Below are positions 36,479 through 44,968 of a stretch of 64,000 nt of DNA, piece by piece. Below the pieces are notes generated by a model that saw only the letters and a program-made list of their open reading frames with translations, did not search any database and was not told the DNA's origin. Positions within the stretch are counted from its first letter, which is position 1. Each line of letters opens with the position of its first letter. Position numbers and translations under genes: made by a program. The stretch is from Phycisphaerae bacterium (GTDB taxonomy: Bacteria; Planctomycetota; Phycisphaerae; Phycisphaerales; SM1A02): the NCBI GenBank assembly GCA_002862305.1, contig PKCS01000054.1:7848-71847 (forward strand), read 5' to 3'.

Positions 36479-39400
36479 CTAAAGCTCCACGGGAACGCGT
36501 ATGCCGCTCACCGGGAAGACCACGCAGGCCTCCACGGAGGTCCCTGGCAGCCCCTCGAGGCCGGAGACGGTTTCGCGATAGGCGGACAGCTGGGCGTGGT
36601 GGGCCCCCGCCACCGCATCGGCCTCCGAGCCCTCGAGGTCGTGGGTCTTCCAGTCCACGACCAGTGCCCGGACGGGGCGCCCGTCGCGCTCGAAGACCAC
36701 GACCCGGTCGACGGAACCACCCTGCATCCGTCCCGACTCCAGGAGCCGGATCCAGGGAAGCTCGCGGTGGACCCGGAGCTGCGTCCCGGGCTCGGCCGCG
36801 GACAGCAGGGCCTCGCGGGAGAGCACCGAACGGACGGCGGGCTGCTCGAGCATCCGCGAGAACGCCTCCAGGACCTCGGTACGTTCGTCATCGTCGGGGA
36901 GGAGGTCGGAGACCGCGGCCTCCAGCTCGACCGCCGGGGGGAGCTGCTCCGTGAACTCGACACGTTCGAGCAGGCGATGGACCGCGGTCCCGAAACGCCG
37001 GCTCCGTCCGTGCGGGTCGGCACCGGTCCCGGATGCGCCTGCGGCGGCGGAAGGCGGCGCCGCGCGAATCGGGCCCATCCCACCGCGCAGCACGGGGACC
37101 CGGGCGGGAGTATCCGGAGGTTCGGGTCGGTCGCCCCTCCGTTCCGGGAGGCAGGAACGTCCACCGGACCGGGCGAGCAGCTCGGGACGATCGGGATCGG
37201 CGGCGGCGAAGCGTGGAAGCAGGGCCTCCCGCAGCAGTCGCGCGGGAGCGCTCGAGTTCGATCCGGACCGGGCGACGACCGCGAAGAGGCCGCGCCGTGC
37301 CCTGGTCATCGAGACGTAGAGCTGGCAGAGCCGCTCGAAGACCATGTCCGCCTGGGTGGATCGCTGCAGGGGCAGGATCTCGGGGGGGAGCAGTTGCTTG
37401 GTGACCCATCGGGCGACCCTGAGGAGTTCCTGGGTGGAGGGATCACGTTCCTGGACCAGCTCCGCGGGCCTGACCAGGTTCCCATCCAGCCCGGTGAGGA
37501 TCACGAGGTCGAAGGCGAGCCCCTTGCTGCCGTGCACGGTCATGACCCGGATCGCATCGGATCCCGGCTCGTCGAGCCGGAGGGATTCGAGCTGCTGCAG
37601 CAAGTCCAGCGGATCGACGAGGCCCCCGATCTCGAGCCGGTTGGTCTCCACCACCAGGCGTTCGAGCCGGCCGATCTCCCGTCGATCCAGGATGCCCCCG
37701 AGCCGGGAGCACCACGACTCGAAGGTGCGGGAGACGCCGGCATTCGAGAAGGCGAGCCGAAGGTGACGGGCCATCCCGGACTGGTCGGAGTCAGGGTGGT
37801 CCGAGGCCAGCAGCTCGCCGAGCGGGGAGTGGCGCAGGTTGAAGCCGGCCGCGGAATCCCCGGGGTGGGCGGCGAAGCGCAGGGCATCGAGGAACACGAT
37901 CGAGGCCCCGCAGTCCATGAAGGACCCTCCACCCTCTCCGGTGGCGTCCAGTCCCCGGCGGCGCAGGCGCGCCACCAGGTCGGCGGCGATGCGATTCTTG
38001 GGCGCGAGGATTCCGATCGAGAGCCCCGGGTGTCGACGATGGAGTTCCTCCGCGAGGTCGGCGGTCGCGGCGGTGGTCGCCTCGAGCCGCTGGGCGGCGT
38101 TGGAGGAGGGTGAATCCTCCGGGGCCTCGATGAGCTCGAAGCACCCCGGGGTGGTCGAGGGGGCGGAGCGATGTGGATCCCAGAGCCGGTCGAAACGGGA
38201 GGCGGCCATCGCGAAGTGCTCCCCCAGTCCCGGGAACGAGGTCCCGGACAGCCCGGAGAAGAGATGGTTGAGGACCTCGAGGATCTCGGGTCCGGTCCGC
38301 CAGCTCAGCGAGAGGGTCTCGTCGACGAGCGAGGCGGGAATCCCGTCCGGGAGGATCATGGTCGGGAGGTGCTCGAGGATCCCGGGCAGTCCCCCTCGCC
38401 AGCTGTAGATCGACTGCTTGACGTCACCCACCGCGAAGAACGAGCGTTCACCGGTCCCGTCGGAGACGATCTCCTCGGCGAGGGGGCGCAAGGCCCTCCA
38501 CTGGAACAGCGAGGTGTCCTGGAACTCGTCGAGCAGGAGGTGGTCGACCTGCGCGTCGAGTCGGATCCACAGTTCATCCCTGAGCAGGTCGGGATCCGCT
38601 TCCACCAACGCCCGCACCAGGTCGTCGAAGCCGGCGACCCCCTCCTCCCGGCGGACCTCCTCCCGGGCCTGGTGGTATCGACGAAGCAGGTCGAAGGTCG
38701 AGATGGTGCGACGCCCGTATTCACGGACCACCAGCTGGTCGAAGTAGCGGTTGAGTCGCTCGATCTGCCCCTGCACGGCCCCGTCGATGAGGTTCTGCTT
38801 TCCGGTCCCGTAGGTGGGACTGCCATCCCGGACCTTGAGGGGCAGGCCACGACCCAGCGCCTGCCGGAGGAGCTCGAAGCGCGGCTCCCCCTCGGGAAGT
38901 GCCTCCAGCAGGTCGACCAGCCGCTCGAGGTCCCCGACGATGGCCTTGCTCCGGCCCTCGCGCACGGAGGCGAGCCCCTCGATGATCGGCCGCAGGTCGA
39001 TCCGCTCGAGGCCGGGATCCACCGGCCAGCTCCAGCGGGCGGGATCCCCATGGGACTGGTGGAAGAGCGGCAGTCCGCTGGAGACGATGCCTTCGATGGT
39101 CCCGATGATCGACTGGCCGGGCTTGGCCTTCGAGAGTCCCTCGATGGACTCGGCGAATGCGTTGAACTCGGAATCGGAGTCGAGCTGGTCGAAGACCCGA
39201 CGAAGGATGCGGCCCTGCAGTCCACCGTCCTGGTCGGAGTAGATCACCTCCGGCGGGATGCCGAACCCGAGCTCCCGGGACCCCACGGAGATGAGTCGGT
39301 AGACGAAGCTGTCGATGGTGCAGACCTGGAGTTCGGGCAGCCTGGCCAGCATCGCGGAAAGTGCGTTCGAGAGTCGGTCCGCGGGGAGCTCCCTCGCACC

Positions 39401-39628
39401 GAGCTCGAGGGCGAGGGCGGCCCGGCGGTCCTCGTCCAGCACGGAGTGGGCGGTCCGGACCATGATCCGCTGGAGGATCTCGGCCGCGGCGGCGCGGGTG
39501 AAGGTGGTGGCGAGGATGGTCCGGGGGTCGACCCCGTCCAGCAGCAGCTGGAGGTAGCGGTTGGTGAGCCGGTGGGTCTTGCCGGTCCCCGCCGAGGCGA
39601 GCACGCGCGCGTGGGGGATGGTGCTCAC
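36479..39628 (-). CDS. UvrD/Rep-type helicase with a C-terminal PD-(D/E)XK nuclease (AddA-like)
   Basis: In-frame GTG 39628 overlaps the upstream stop (GTGA). Motif I LASAGTGKTHRL, motif II LLLDEFQDTS, VHGSKGLAFD, and the C-terminal nuclease motif GGSVDRVVVFERDGRPVRALVVDWKTH. Confidence 0.8.
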   Translation of the reverse strand: MSTIPHARVLASAGTGKTHRLTNRYLQLLLDGVDPRTILATTFTRAAAAEILQRIMVRTAHSVLDEDRRAALALELGARELPADRLSNALSAMLARLPELQVCTIDSFVYRLISVGSRELGFGIPPEVIYSDQDGGLQGRILRRVFDQLDSDSEFNAFAESIEGLSKAKPGQSIIGTIEGIVSSGLPLFHQSHGDPARWSWPVDPGLERIDLRPIIEGLASVREGRSKAIVGDLERLVDLLEALPEGEPRFELLRQALGRGLPLKVRDGSPTYGTGKQNLIDGAVQGQIERLNRYFDQLVVREYGRRTISTFDLLRRYHQAREEVRREEGVAGFDDLVRALVEADPDLLRDELWIRLDAQVDHLLLDEFQDTSLFQWRALRPLAEEIVSDGTGERSFFAVGDVKQSIYSWRGGLPGILEHLPTMILPDGIPASLVDETLSLSWRTGPEILEVLNHLFSGLSGTSFPGLGEHFAMAASRFDRLWDPHRSAPSTTPGCFELIEAPEDSPSSNAAQRLEATTAATADLAEELHRRHPGLSIGILAPKNRIAADLVARLRRRGLDATGEGGGSFMDCGASIVFLDALRFAAHPGDSAAGFNLRHSPLGELLASDHPDSDQSGMARHLRLAFSNAGVSRTFESWCSRLGGILDRREIGRLERLVVETNRLEIGGLVDPLDLLQQLESLRLDEPGSDAIRVMTVHGSKGLAFDLVILTGLDGNLVRPAELVQERDPSTQELLRVARWVTKQLLPPEILPLQRSTQADMVFERLCQLYVSMTRARRGLFAVVARSGSNSSAPARLLREALLPRFAAADPDRPELLARSGGRSCLPERRGDRPEPPDTPARVPVLRGGMGPIRAAPPSAAAGASGTGADPHGRSRRFGTAVHRLLERVEFTEQLPPAVELEAAVSDLLPDDDERTEVLEAFSRMLEQPAVRSVLSREALLSAAEPGTQLRVHRELPWIRLLESGRMQGGSVDRVVVFERDGRPVRALVVDWKTHDLEGSEADAVAGAHHAQLSAYRETVSGLEGLPGTSVEACVVFPVSGIRVPVEL

Positions 39629-42432
39629 GAGTCGTCCTCCGTCCCGTCGGGGGTGGCGGCGAACTCGAGGGCGCCGGAACGCAGGATCCGGTCGATGCCG
39701 TCGGTCGAACGGTTCCATGAGTCCTCCGGCTCGCCCGACTCGAAGCGACCGGCGCGCATCTCGACCACGATCTCGCCGGCCCGGCGCAGGCCGTCGGAGA
39801 CCTGGAGCGCGGACCACTTCGCGAACCGGAACTCGACCTTCGAGAGCTCGCTCGGCAGCGCGACGTAGCCCAGCTCGATGATGTCCTCCGGACCCGCGTC
39901 CTGCCCTCGCCAGAGGTGGTCGTAGAGCGGGAGCTGCAGGTCCTTCCATTCACCACTGGGGGTGAGCTTGTTCGAGAGCTTGGAAGAGCCATCGGAGGTC
40001 TTGTAGTCGAGCAGGCGCCAGCGACCGCTTTCATGGCGGTCGATCCGGTCGATGCGACCATGGAGTTCGACCGGTGCACCGTCCGGGACCTCGAGCATCC
40101 CGGAGACGTCCCGCTCGACCGCGACCGAACGCCAGCCCGAACGGGCCTCGACTGCCTGCAGCTCCGCGAACCGCGTGAGGCGCTGGTCGAGCATCCGGGC
40201 CTGGAGTCGGATCGCCGGCAGGCAGTGGCGACCGAAGCGTTCGCGCACCAGGTCCGCGAGGCAGCCGCTGAGGAAATCGGCGATCCTGCGGGGGTCGGTG
40301 CTGTCGCGGAGGTCGCTGCCCCCGAAGGCGTCGAGCACGTCGTGGGCGAGGATCCCGAAGGAACGCCGGTCGAGTTCGAGGCGGTCCGGTTCGACGTCCT
40401 CGAGCTTCTCCCGTCGTTCCAGCCAGAACCTCATCGGGGACCGGATCCAGGCGCCGAAGTCGGTCACGCTGAGCCTGGTGACCTCGAGGTCGGGGGGTGG
40501 TGTCGGGGCGACGAAGGATTCATGGTCCGCGGGTCGAGGAATTCCCCGATGTTCGTGGGCCTCCCGGGATTCCGGCTCCGAATCCATGGAGTGGAGGATC
40601 CGCCGGGCGGATGCCTCGCCACCGGGCCCGAGGAACAGGCGGCTGGGCGCGACCGGCTCGCCCCTGAGGTCGTGCCGGGTGATGAGCACCTCCAGCCGCG
40701 AGCAGCGGGCGGCCAACGCGTGGATGGCGTGGGCGTCCCGGGCCTGCCGGGCCTGCTCGCAGGCGAGGCCCAGGGTGCAACGCACCGAATCCGGCAGCCA
40801 GGCGTCGGGGGTCCGGGGCCCGAGTTCCCCCGCCTCGTTGAACCCGACGAGCACCAGGCAGGAGGCGGGATCGAGTCGTGCGTCGAGCCACCCGACCATG
40901 GGCACGACGCCCGATGCCTCCGAAGGGGCCTCCGGTGGACGGACCTCCCGGGACAGCGAGTGAAGAAGCAGGCCGAGAAGGGTGGACGGCTCGAGCGGAT
41001 CGACCCCGGATCCCCGGGCCAGGCACTCGAGCAGCGACCGAAGGTGCTGGCGGACCAGGTCGAGCTCCCCACCGGGACAGTACGCATCGTCGAGCTCGTC
41101 GAGGAACCCAGCCAGGGCGCCCCCCTGCTCCGCGAGGGAGGAACCGGACTGGATCGGCGAGAGGTCACGCAGGAAGCGGTCGAGGCCTGCGACCAGGTGG
41201 ACCAGTCCCGGGATCTCGAGCGAGGCCGGCTCGGCGGTGCGCAGCTCCTCGAGCCCCCCACCCACCCTGCACGCGCACCAGGCGTCCGCGACCTCGAGCA
41301 GGTCGACCTCCGCGGGGACCCCGACCCGTCGGGCGATGAGGCGTTCGAACATCGGGAGTCGCAGCAGCTCGAGGAATGGCTCGAGGGAGGGATCGGCGAG
41401 GTGGCGGCGCACGAGCTCGAGCATCCGCATCGACTGGGTCCGGCGAATCGACGGACCCTGCGGCGGACGGATCGGCAGACCCGCCCGACGGCCGGCCCGG
41501 GTGATCAATTCCGCGCAACGCTCGTCGCACAGCCCGATGGTGACCTGGTCCCCGTCGAGCACCCCCTCGGGATCCGCCTCCGAGGCCAGCACGTCAAGCA
41601 GGACCTGGGCTGCGTCGGCAGGGCGGTCGACGACGCGTGCGCAGGCGAGGTCGATCGGGGAATCGAGGGAACACCAGACGTGGTGGAGGGGTCGGCCGTG
41701 CTGGTCGAAGTCCGCGCGGCGGGATTCCGGCGCGTCCACCAGGAGTTCGAGTCGATCCCCGAGCCTGCGGTAGGCCGCGATCGTCAGGGGGCCGGGGTCG
41801 GTGATGCCGAGTGCGAGGAGTCGGGACGGGGCCTCCTCGAGCAGCGCCCCGTCCTCGACCATGGCACGAAGACGCGCGGTTCGTTCGACCAGTCCCTGCG
41901 CGGCCATCCGACGGTGGGCGGAATCCCTCAGCGAGGAGAGTGCTCGCCAGCGATCGGGGTTCGACCGGACCCCGAGGCTCGCGGGCACCTCGGCGGGGTC
42001 GAGCCCGATCTGGTCGAGTTCGTCGCACAGGGTCCGGTGCCCGACGACGTCGAGGAACCGGCGATCGCGATCCTCGGGATCGGTGTCCAGCAGACTTCGA
42101 GCGTCCCGCCCCATGCCCTCCATCGCCTCGAGCCAGTGGACCAGGGCGACGGTCTCGTCGGCCACCCGCGCTCCGCTGGTCGATGCGAAGAAGGCCGCGA
42201 TCAGGTCCGACTCGGTCAGGATCCGCGGGGGAACCAGCGCCGCCGTGCCGCCCCCGGAGGCCGCGTGGTGCAGCAACGCGCGCTCCAGCAGGCGTCCGAC
42301 CCGACGACCCGGCACCAGGACCGCGACCTGCGAGGGGCGGTGCTCGCGGAGCTCGTCGAGGAGCCGATCGGCCGCGGTGTCGATCGGTTGTCGATCCCAG
42401 TCGAGCATCTGCAGGTTCGGTTCTGGCGACAT
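39625..42432 (-). CDS. AddB-like PD-(D/E)XK nuclease subunit (degenerate helicase-like N-terminus)
   Basis: Preferred start is ATG 42432 (MSPEPNLQMLDWDRQP); the 103 upstream codons are Arg/Pro-rich low-complexity sequence. C-terminal nuclease motif LHGRIDRIDRHESGRWRLLDYKTSD. No Walker A motif and no C-terminal Cys cluster are visible. Confidence 0.7.
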   Translation of the reverse strand: MSPEPNLQMLDWDRQPIDTAADRLLDELREHRPSQVAVLVPGRRVGRLLERALLHHAASGGGTAALVPPRILTESDLIAAFFASTSGARVADETVALVHWLEAMEGMGRDARSLLDTDPEDRDRRFLDVVGHRTLCDELDQIGLDPAEVPASLGVRSNPDRWRALSSLRDSAHRRMAAQGLVERTARLRAMVEDGALLEEAPSRLLALGITDPGPLTIAAYRRLGDRLELLVDAPESRRADFDQHGRPLHHVWCSLDSPIDLACARVVDRPADAAQVLLDVLASEADPEGVLDGDQVTIGLCDERCAELITRAGRRAGLPIRPPQGPSIRRTQSMRMLELVRRHLADPSLEPFLELLRLPMFERLIARRVGVPAEVDLLEVADAWCACRVGGGLEELRTAEPASLEIPGLVHLVAGLDRFLRDLSPIQSGSSLAEQGGALAGFLDELDDAYCPGGELDLVRQHLRSLLECLARGSGVDPLEPSTLLGLLLHSLSREVRPPEAPSEASGVVPMVGWLDARLDPASCLVLVGFNEAGELGPRTPDAWLPDSVRCTLGLACEQARQARDAHAIHALAARCSRLEVLITRHDLRGEPVAPSRLFLGPGGEASARRILHSMDSEPESREAHEHRGIPRPADHESFVAPTPPPDLEVTRLSVTDFGAWIRSPMRFWLERREKLEDVEPDRLELDRRSFGILAHDVLDAFGGSDLRDSTDPRRIADFLSGCLADLVRERFGRHCLPAIRLQARMLDQRLTRFAELQAVEARSGWRSVAVERDVSGMLEVPDGAPVELHGRIDRIDRHESGRWRLLDYKTSDGSSKLSNKLTPSGEWKDLQLPLYDHLWRGQDAGPEDIIELGYVALPSELSKVEFRFAKWSALQVSDGLRRAGEIVVEMRAGRFESGEPEDSWNRSTDGIDRILRSGALEFAATPDGTEDDS

Positions 42433-42816
42433 CAGGGGATTCCTAGCGGGCGACCGGTCGATGTCCACGGCATCGTGGAGAGGACCGTCCAGGAGCGGTG
42501 ATCTGACCAGATCCCGGGCGTCCCGGGGGGTAATTGGACGGCTGGCCACCGGGGCTGGCCGGAAACGGGTGAGGATGGACGGGAACCCGCTGTCCTGCCG
42601 GAACTTCCTCCGGGGGTCGGCGGGCCGCCCCGGGGAGTCGGACGCCGCTTTTCGTCTCCGCCGACTCGGGACGGCTCCGGGCGGCGGGAACGCGCGGGCG
42701 TGCCTCCGCCGCCGCGTCGTTTCCGGAGGACTGGAATTCACGGATTTTCAAGCGTATCCCGATAATTCCCATCAACAACTTCTTGCACCCGGGTGGCACT
42801 CTGGTAAGTTGAATTC

Positions 42817-42903
42817 ACGAACTCGTGTCGGGCTCCCGGATAACTCCGGTCGAGGCCGAACTTTGATCGGGCCGGCAGTGGGGGCTGGCCCGATCATATT
42901 TTT
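42817..42903 (+). ncRNA. Candidate ~85-nt sRNA (unknown family)
   Basis: Promoter-like TTGCAC-N16-TAAGTT (42783..42810). Three predicted hairpins, the last being a plus-strand intrinsic terminator. No plus-strand CDS lies within >10 kb upstream. Confidence 0.3.
42865..42903 (+). terminator. Plus-strand intrinsic terminator in a minus-strand-only neighbourhood
   Basis: 12-bp stem GATCGGGCCGGC / GCTGGCCCGATC (one G-U pair) with a 7-nt loop, followed by ATATTTTT. On the minus strand the hairpin is followed by AAAGTTCGG, with no U-tract. Confidence 0.65.
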
Positions 42904-42932
42904 GGACCGCTCGGAAAGCGCCCGGGAAGCGC

Positions 42933-43652
42933 TTAGGTGCCCGTCCTGAAGACCATGACCAGCTGGCGTTCCTCGGGCCGTACCTCGAGGAGCTCGACGA
43001 CTCGACCGTCGCCGAGCGGGAACCTCGTCTCGAAGCAGATCCCCCCGGGGGGGTCCCCCCTGCCGGCACGCGTGCCACCCGCGCCGTCGCCTCCCGTGGA
43101 ACCGGTGAGCACGGCACCGATCCCTTCGAGGCCCATGGAGCTCGAGAGAAGTTCGAGCAGTCCCCCGGGAATGGGCAGTCGACCGAGGTAGGAACCCGGA
43201 CCAGGCTGCAGTCGAGTCCAGCCGTCCTCGACCCCGGGCCTGAAGGACAGGACGAAGGAGTCGTTGATGAGTCGGATGCGCCCCGGGTCGAGGGAAGCCT
43301 GCAGGCCGGGCGAGGAACCCGGTGCGCCGGAGCCGTGCACGTGCGCGATCCAGTGCGGGAGGCGGATCCAGATCCACGCGTTGAGATCGGATTCGCGGAC
43401 CCGGATCGCCCAGGGGTCGTCCGTTTCGCGGATCAGGGTGAACTGCGTGGCGAAGGATCGCTCGAAGGCGCGGGCACGGCGGTCGAGCTCACCCCCCTCC
43501 TGGGGGGTGGGTGGGGTGTAGGCCGGGGGTTGCTGGAGGGCGAGTCCCCCCACCAGCGCCATCCCCGCCGACACCAGCGTGAATCCGACGATCAGTGGAA
43601 GGCGGCGCGAGGATGACTGAGGGGGACGCGTTGGTTCCGCGTCGCGGGTCAT
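42933..43652 (-). CDS. Signal-anchored membrane protein of unknown function, translationally coupled to the KS genes
   Basis: ATGA overlap with the upstream KS stop. TM segment LPLIVGFTLVSAGMALVGGLAL followed by a ~190-aa soluble domain (DPWAIRVRESDLNAWIWIRLPHWIAHVHG). Confidence 0.6.
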   Translation of the reverse strand: MTRDAEPTRPPQSSSRRLPLIVGFTLVSAGMALVGGLALQQPPAYTPPTPQEGGELDRRARAFERSFATQFTLIRETDDPWAIRVRESDLNAWIWIRLPHWIAHVHGSGAPGSSPGLQASLDPGRIRLINDSFVLSFRPGVEDGWTRLQPGPGSYLGRLPIPGGLLELLSSSMGLEGIGAVLTGSTGGDGAGGTRAGRGDPPGGICFETRFPLGDGRVVELLEVRPEERQLVMVFRTGT

Positions 43653-44968
43653 TCAACGAATCTCGTCACGATGAGGGTGTCGTTCTGACCACCGAACCCG
43701 AAGTTGTTCGAGAGGCAGGTGTCCACCACCGCCTTGCGGGAGACGTTGGGAACGTAGTCGAGATCGAGGTCGTCGTCCGGATTGTGGAGGTTGCGCGTGG
43801 GCGGCAGCTCCCCGTTGCGGATCGCGAGGATGCAGGTGATCAGCTCCACCGATCCGGCGGCCGCGATCAGGTGCCCCATCATGCTCTTGATCGAGCTCAT
43901 CGGGATGCTGGGCGCCAGCTCGCCGAAGACCCGCTTGATCGCGCGGGTCTCGATGGAGTCGTTCTCCTGGGTTCCGGTCCCGTGCGCGCTGACGTAGTCG
44001 ATGGGGGGCCGGCCGTCCACGACGTTGTGGGGATCGATCCCCGCCTGCGCGAGCGCCATCTCCATCGCGGCGGCGGCACCGCGGCCGTCGGGCTGGATGT
44101 CGGTGATCCGGAAGGCGTCGCAGCTGGAGCCGTATCCGATGATCTCCGCGAGCGGCGTCGCCCCGCGGGAGCGGGCGTGCTCGAGGCTCTCCAGGATCAC
44201 GATGCCGGAACCCTCCCCCATCACGAACCCTCCCCGGGTTCGATCGAAGGGGCGCGAGGCCTCGGCGGGATCGCCGTCGTAGGTGCTCAGGGCGGTCAAC
44301 CGGTTGAACCCGGTCACGCCGAGGGGATGGATCATGGTGTGGGTCCCGCCCGAGATCATGGCGTCGGCCTCGCCGCGGGAGATGATGTCGCACGCCTCGC
44401 CGATCGCCTGGGTGCTCGCCGCGCACGCGGTCAGGCAGTTGAAGGCCGGTCCGGTCACCCCGAACTCCCGGGCGAGGTGCGCGATGGGCATGTTGGGCTC
44501 CTGCTCTATCTCGCGCGAGGCGTTCATCAGCTGGAGGGCGGAGGCGATCCAGCGCGAGCCGTCGACCGCTCGGGCAGTGGGATCCCAGGCGCTCAGGTTG
44601 GTCCGCAGGTAGTTCTCGGTGTCGAGCACCCCCTCCCCCGCCCCGAGGTAGATGCCGATCCGGGAGCGGTCGAGGTCCCCGGAGTCATCCAGTCCCGCCT
44701 GGCCCCAGGCCTGACGTGCGGCCCCGAGCGCGAAACGGCTGTTCAAGGCCGCGGTCTCGTGGATCGAGGTGTCCCGGACGTACTCGGAGAAGTCGTAGTC
44801 CTTCACCTCCGCGGCGAAGGTCGTGGGGAAGGTGCTCGCGTCGAACCTCGTGATCGGCTGCATCCCGCTGCTCGCCGAGGTGAGCTTCGACCAGACCTCC
44901 TCCAGGGAGAACCCCAGGGGGGTGATCCAGCCCATGCCGGTGACCACTACTCGCGACGAGTCGTTCAT
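43649..44968 (-). CDS. Beta-ketoacyl-ACP synthase II-type condensing enzyme (catalytically complete)
   Basis: Preferred start is ATG 44968 (MNDSSRVVVTGMGWITPLG). Cys in NCLTACAASTQAIGEA, His in YVSAHGTGTQEND, Lys/His in SSIKSMMGHLIAAAG, and C-terminal NNFGFGGQN. Confidence 0.9.
   Translation of the reverse strand: MNDSSRVVVTGMGWITPLGFSLEEVWSKLTSASSGMQPITRFDASTFPTTFAAEVKDYDFSEYVRDTSIHETAALNSRFALGAARQAWGQAGLDDSGDLDRSRIGIYLGAGEGVLDTENYLRTNLSAWDPTARAVDGSRWIASALQLMNASREIEQEPNMPIAHLAREFGVTGPAFNCLTACAASTQAIGEACDIISRGEADAMISGGTHTMIHPLGVTGFNRLTALSTYDGDPAEASRPFDRTRGGFVMGEGSGIVILESLEHARSRGATPLAEIIGYGSSCDAFRITDIQPDGRGAAAAMEMALAQAGIDPHNVVDGRPPIDYVSAHGTGTQENDSIETRAIKRVFGELAPSIPMSSIKSMMGHLIAAAGSVELITCILAIRNGELPPTRNLHNPDDDLDLDYVPNVSRKAVVDTCLSNNFGFGGQNDTLIVTRFVE

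Noticed and set aside
39916-42501. 861-aa plus-strand ORF
   Set aside because: Antisense to the AddB-like gene; Arg/Gly/Asp/Pro/Glu-rich; no motifs.
42433-42741. 103-codon N-terminal extension of the AddB-like ORF
   Set aside because: The translation is Arg/Pro-rich low-complexity sequence (RRRRHARAFPPPGAVPSRRRRK...), while a conserved-looking N-terminus starts at ATG 42432. Some uncertainty remains.
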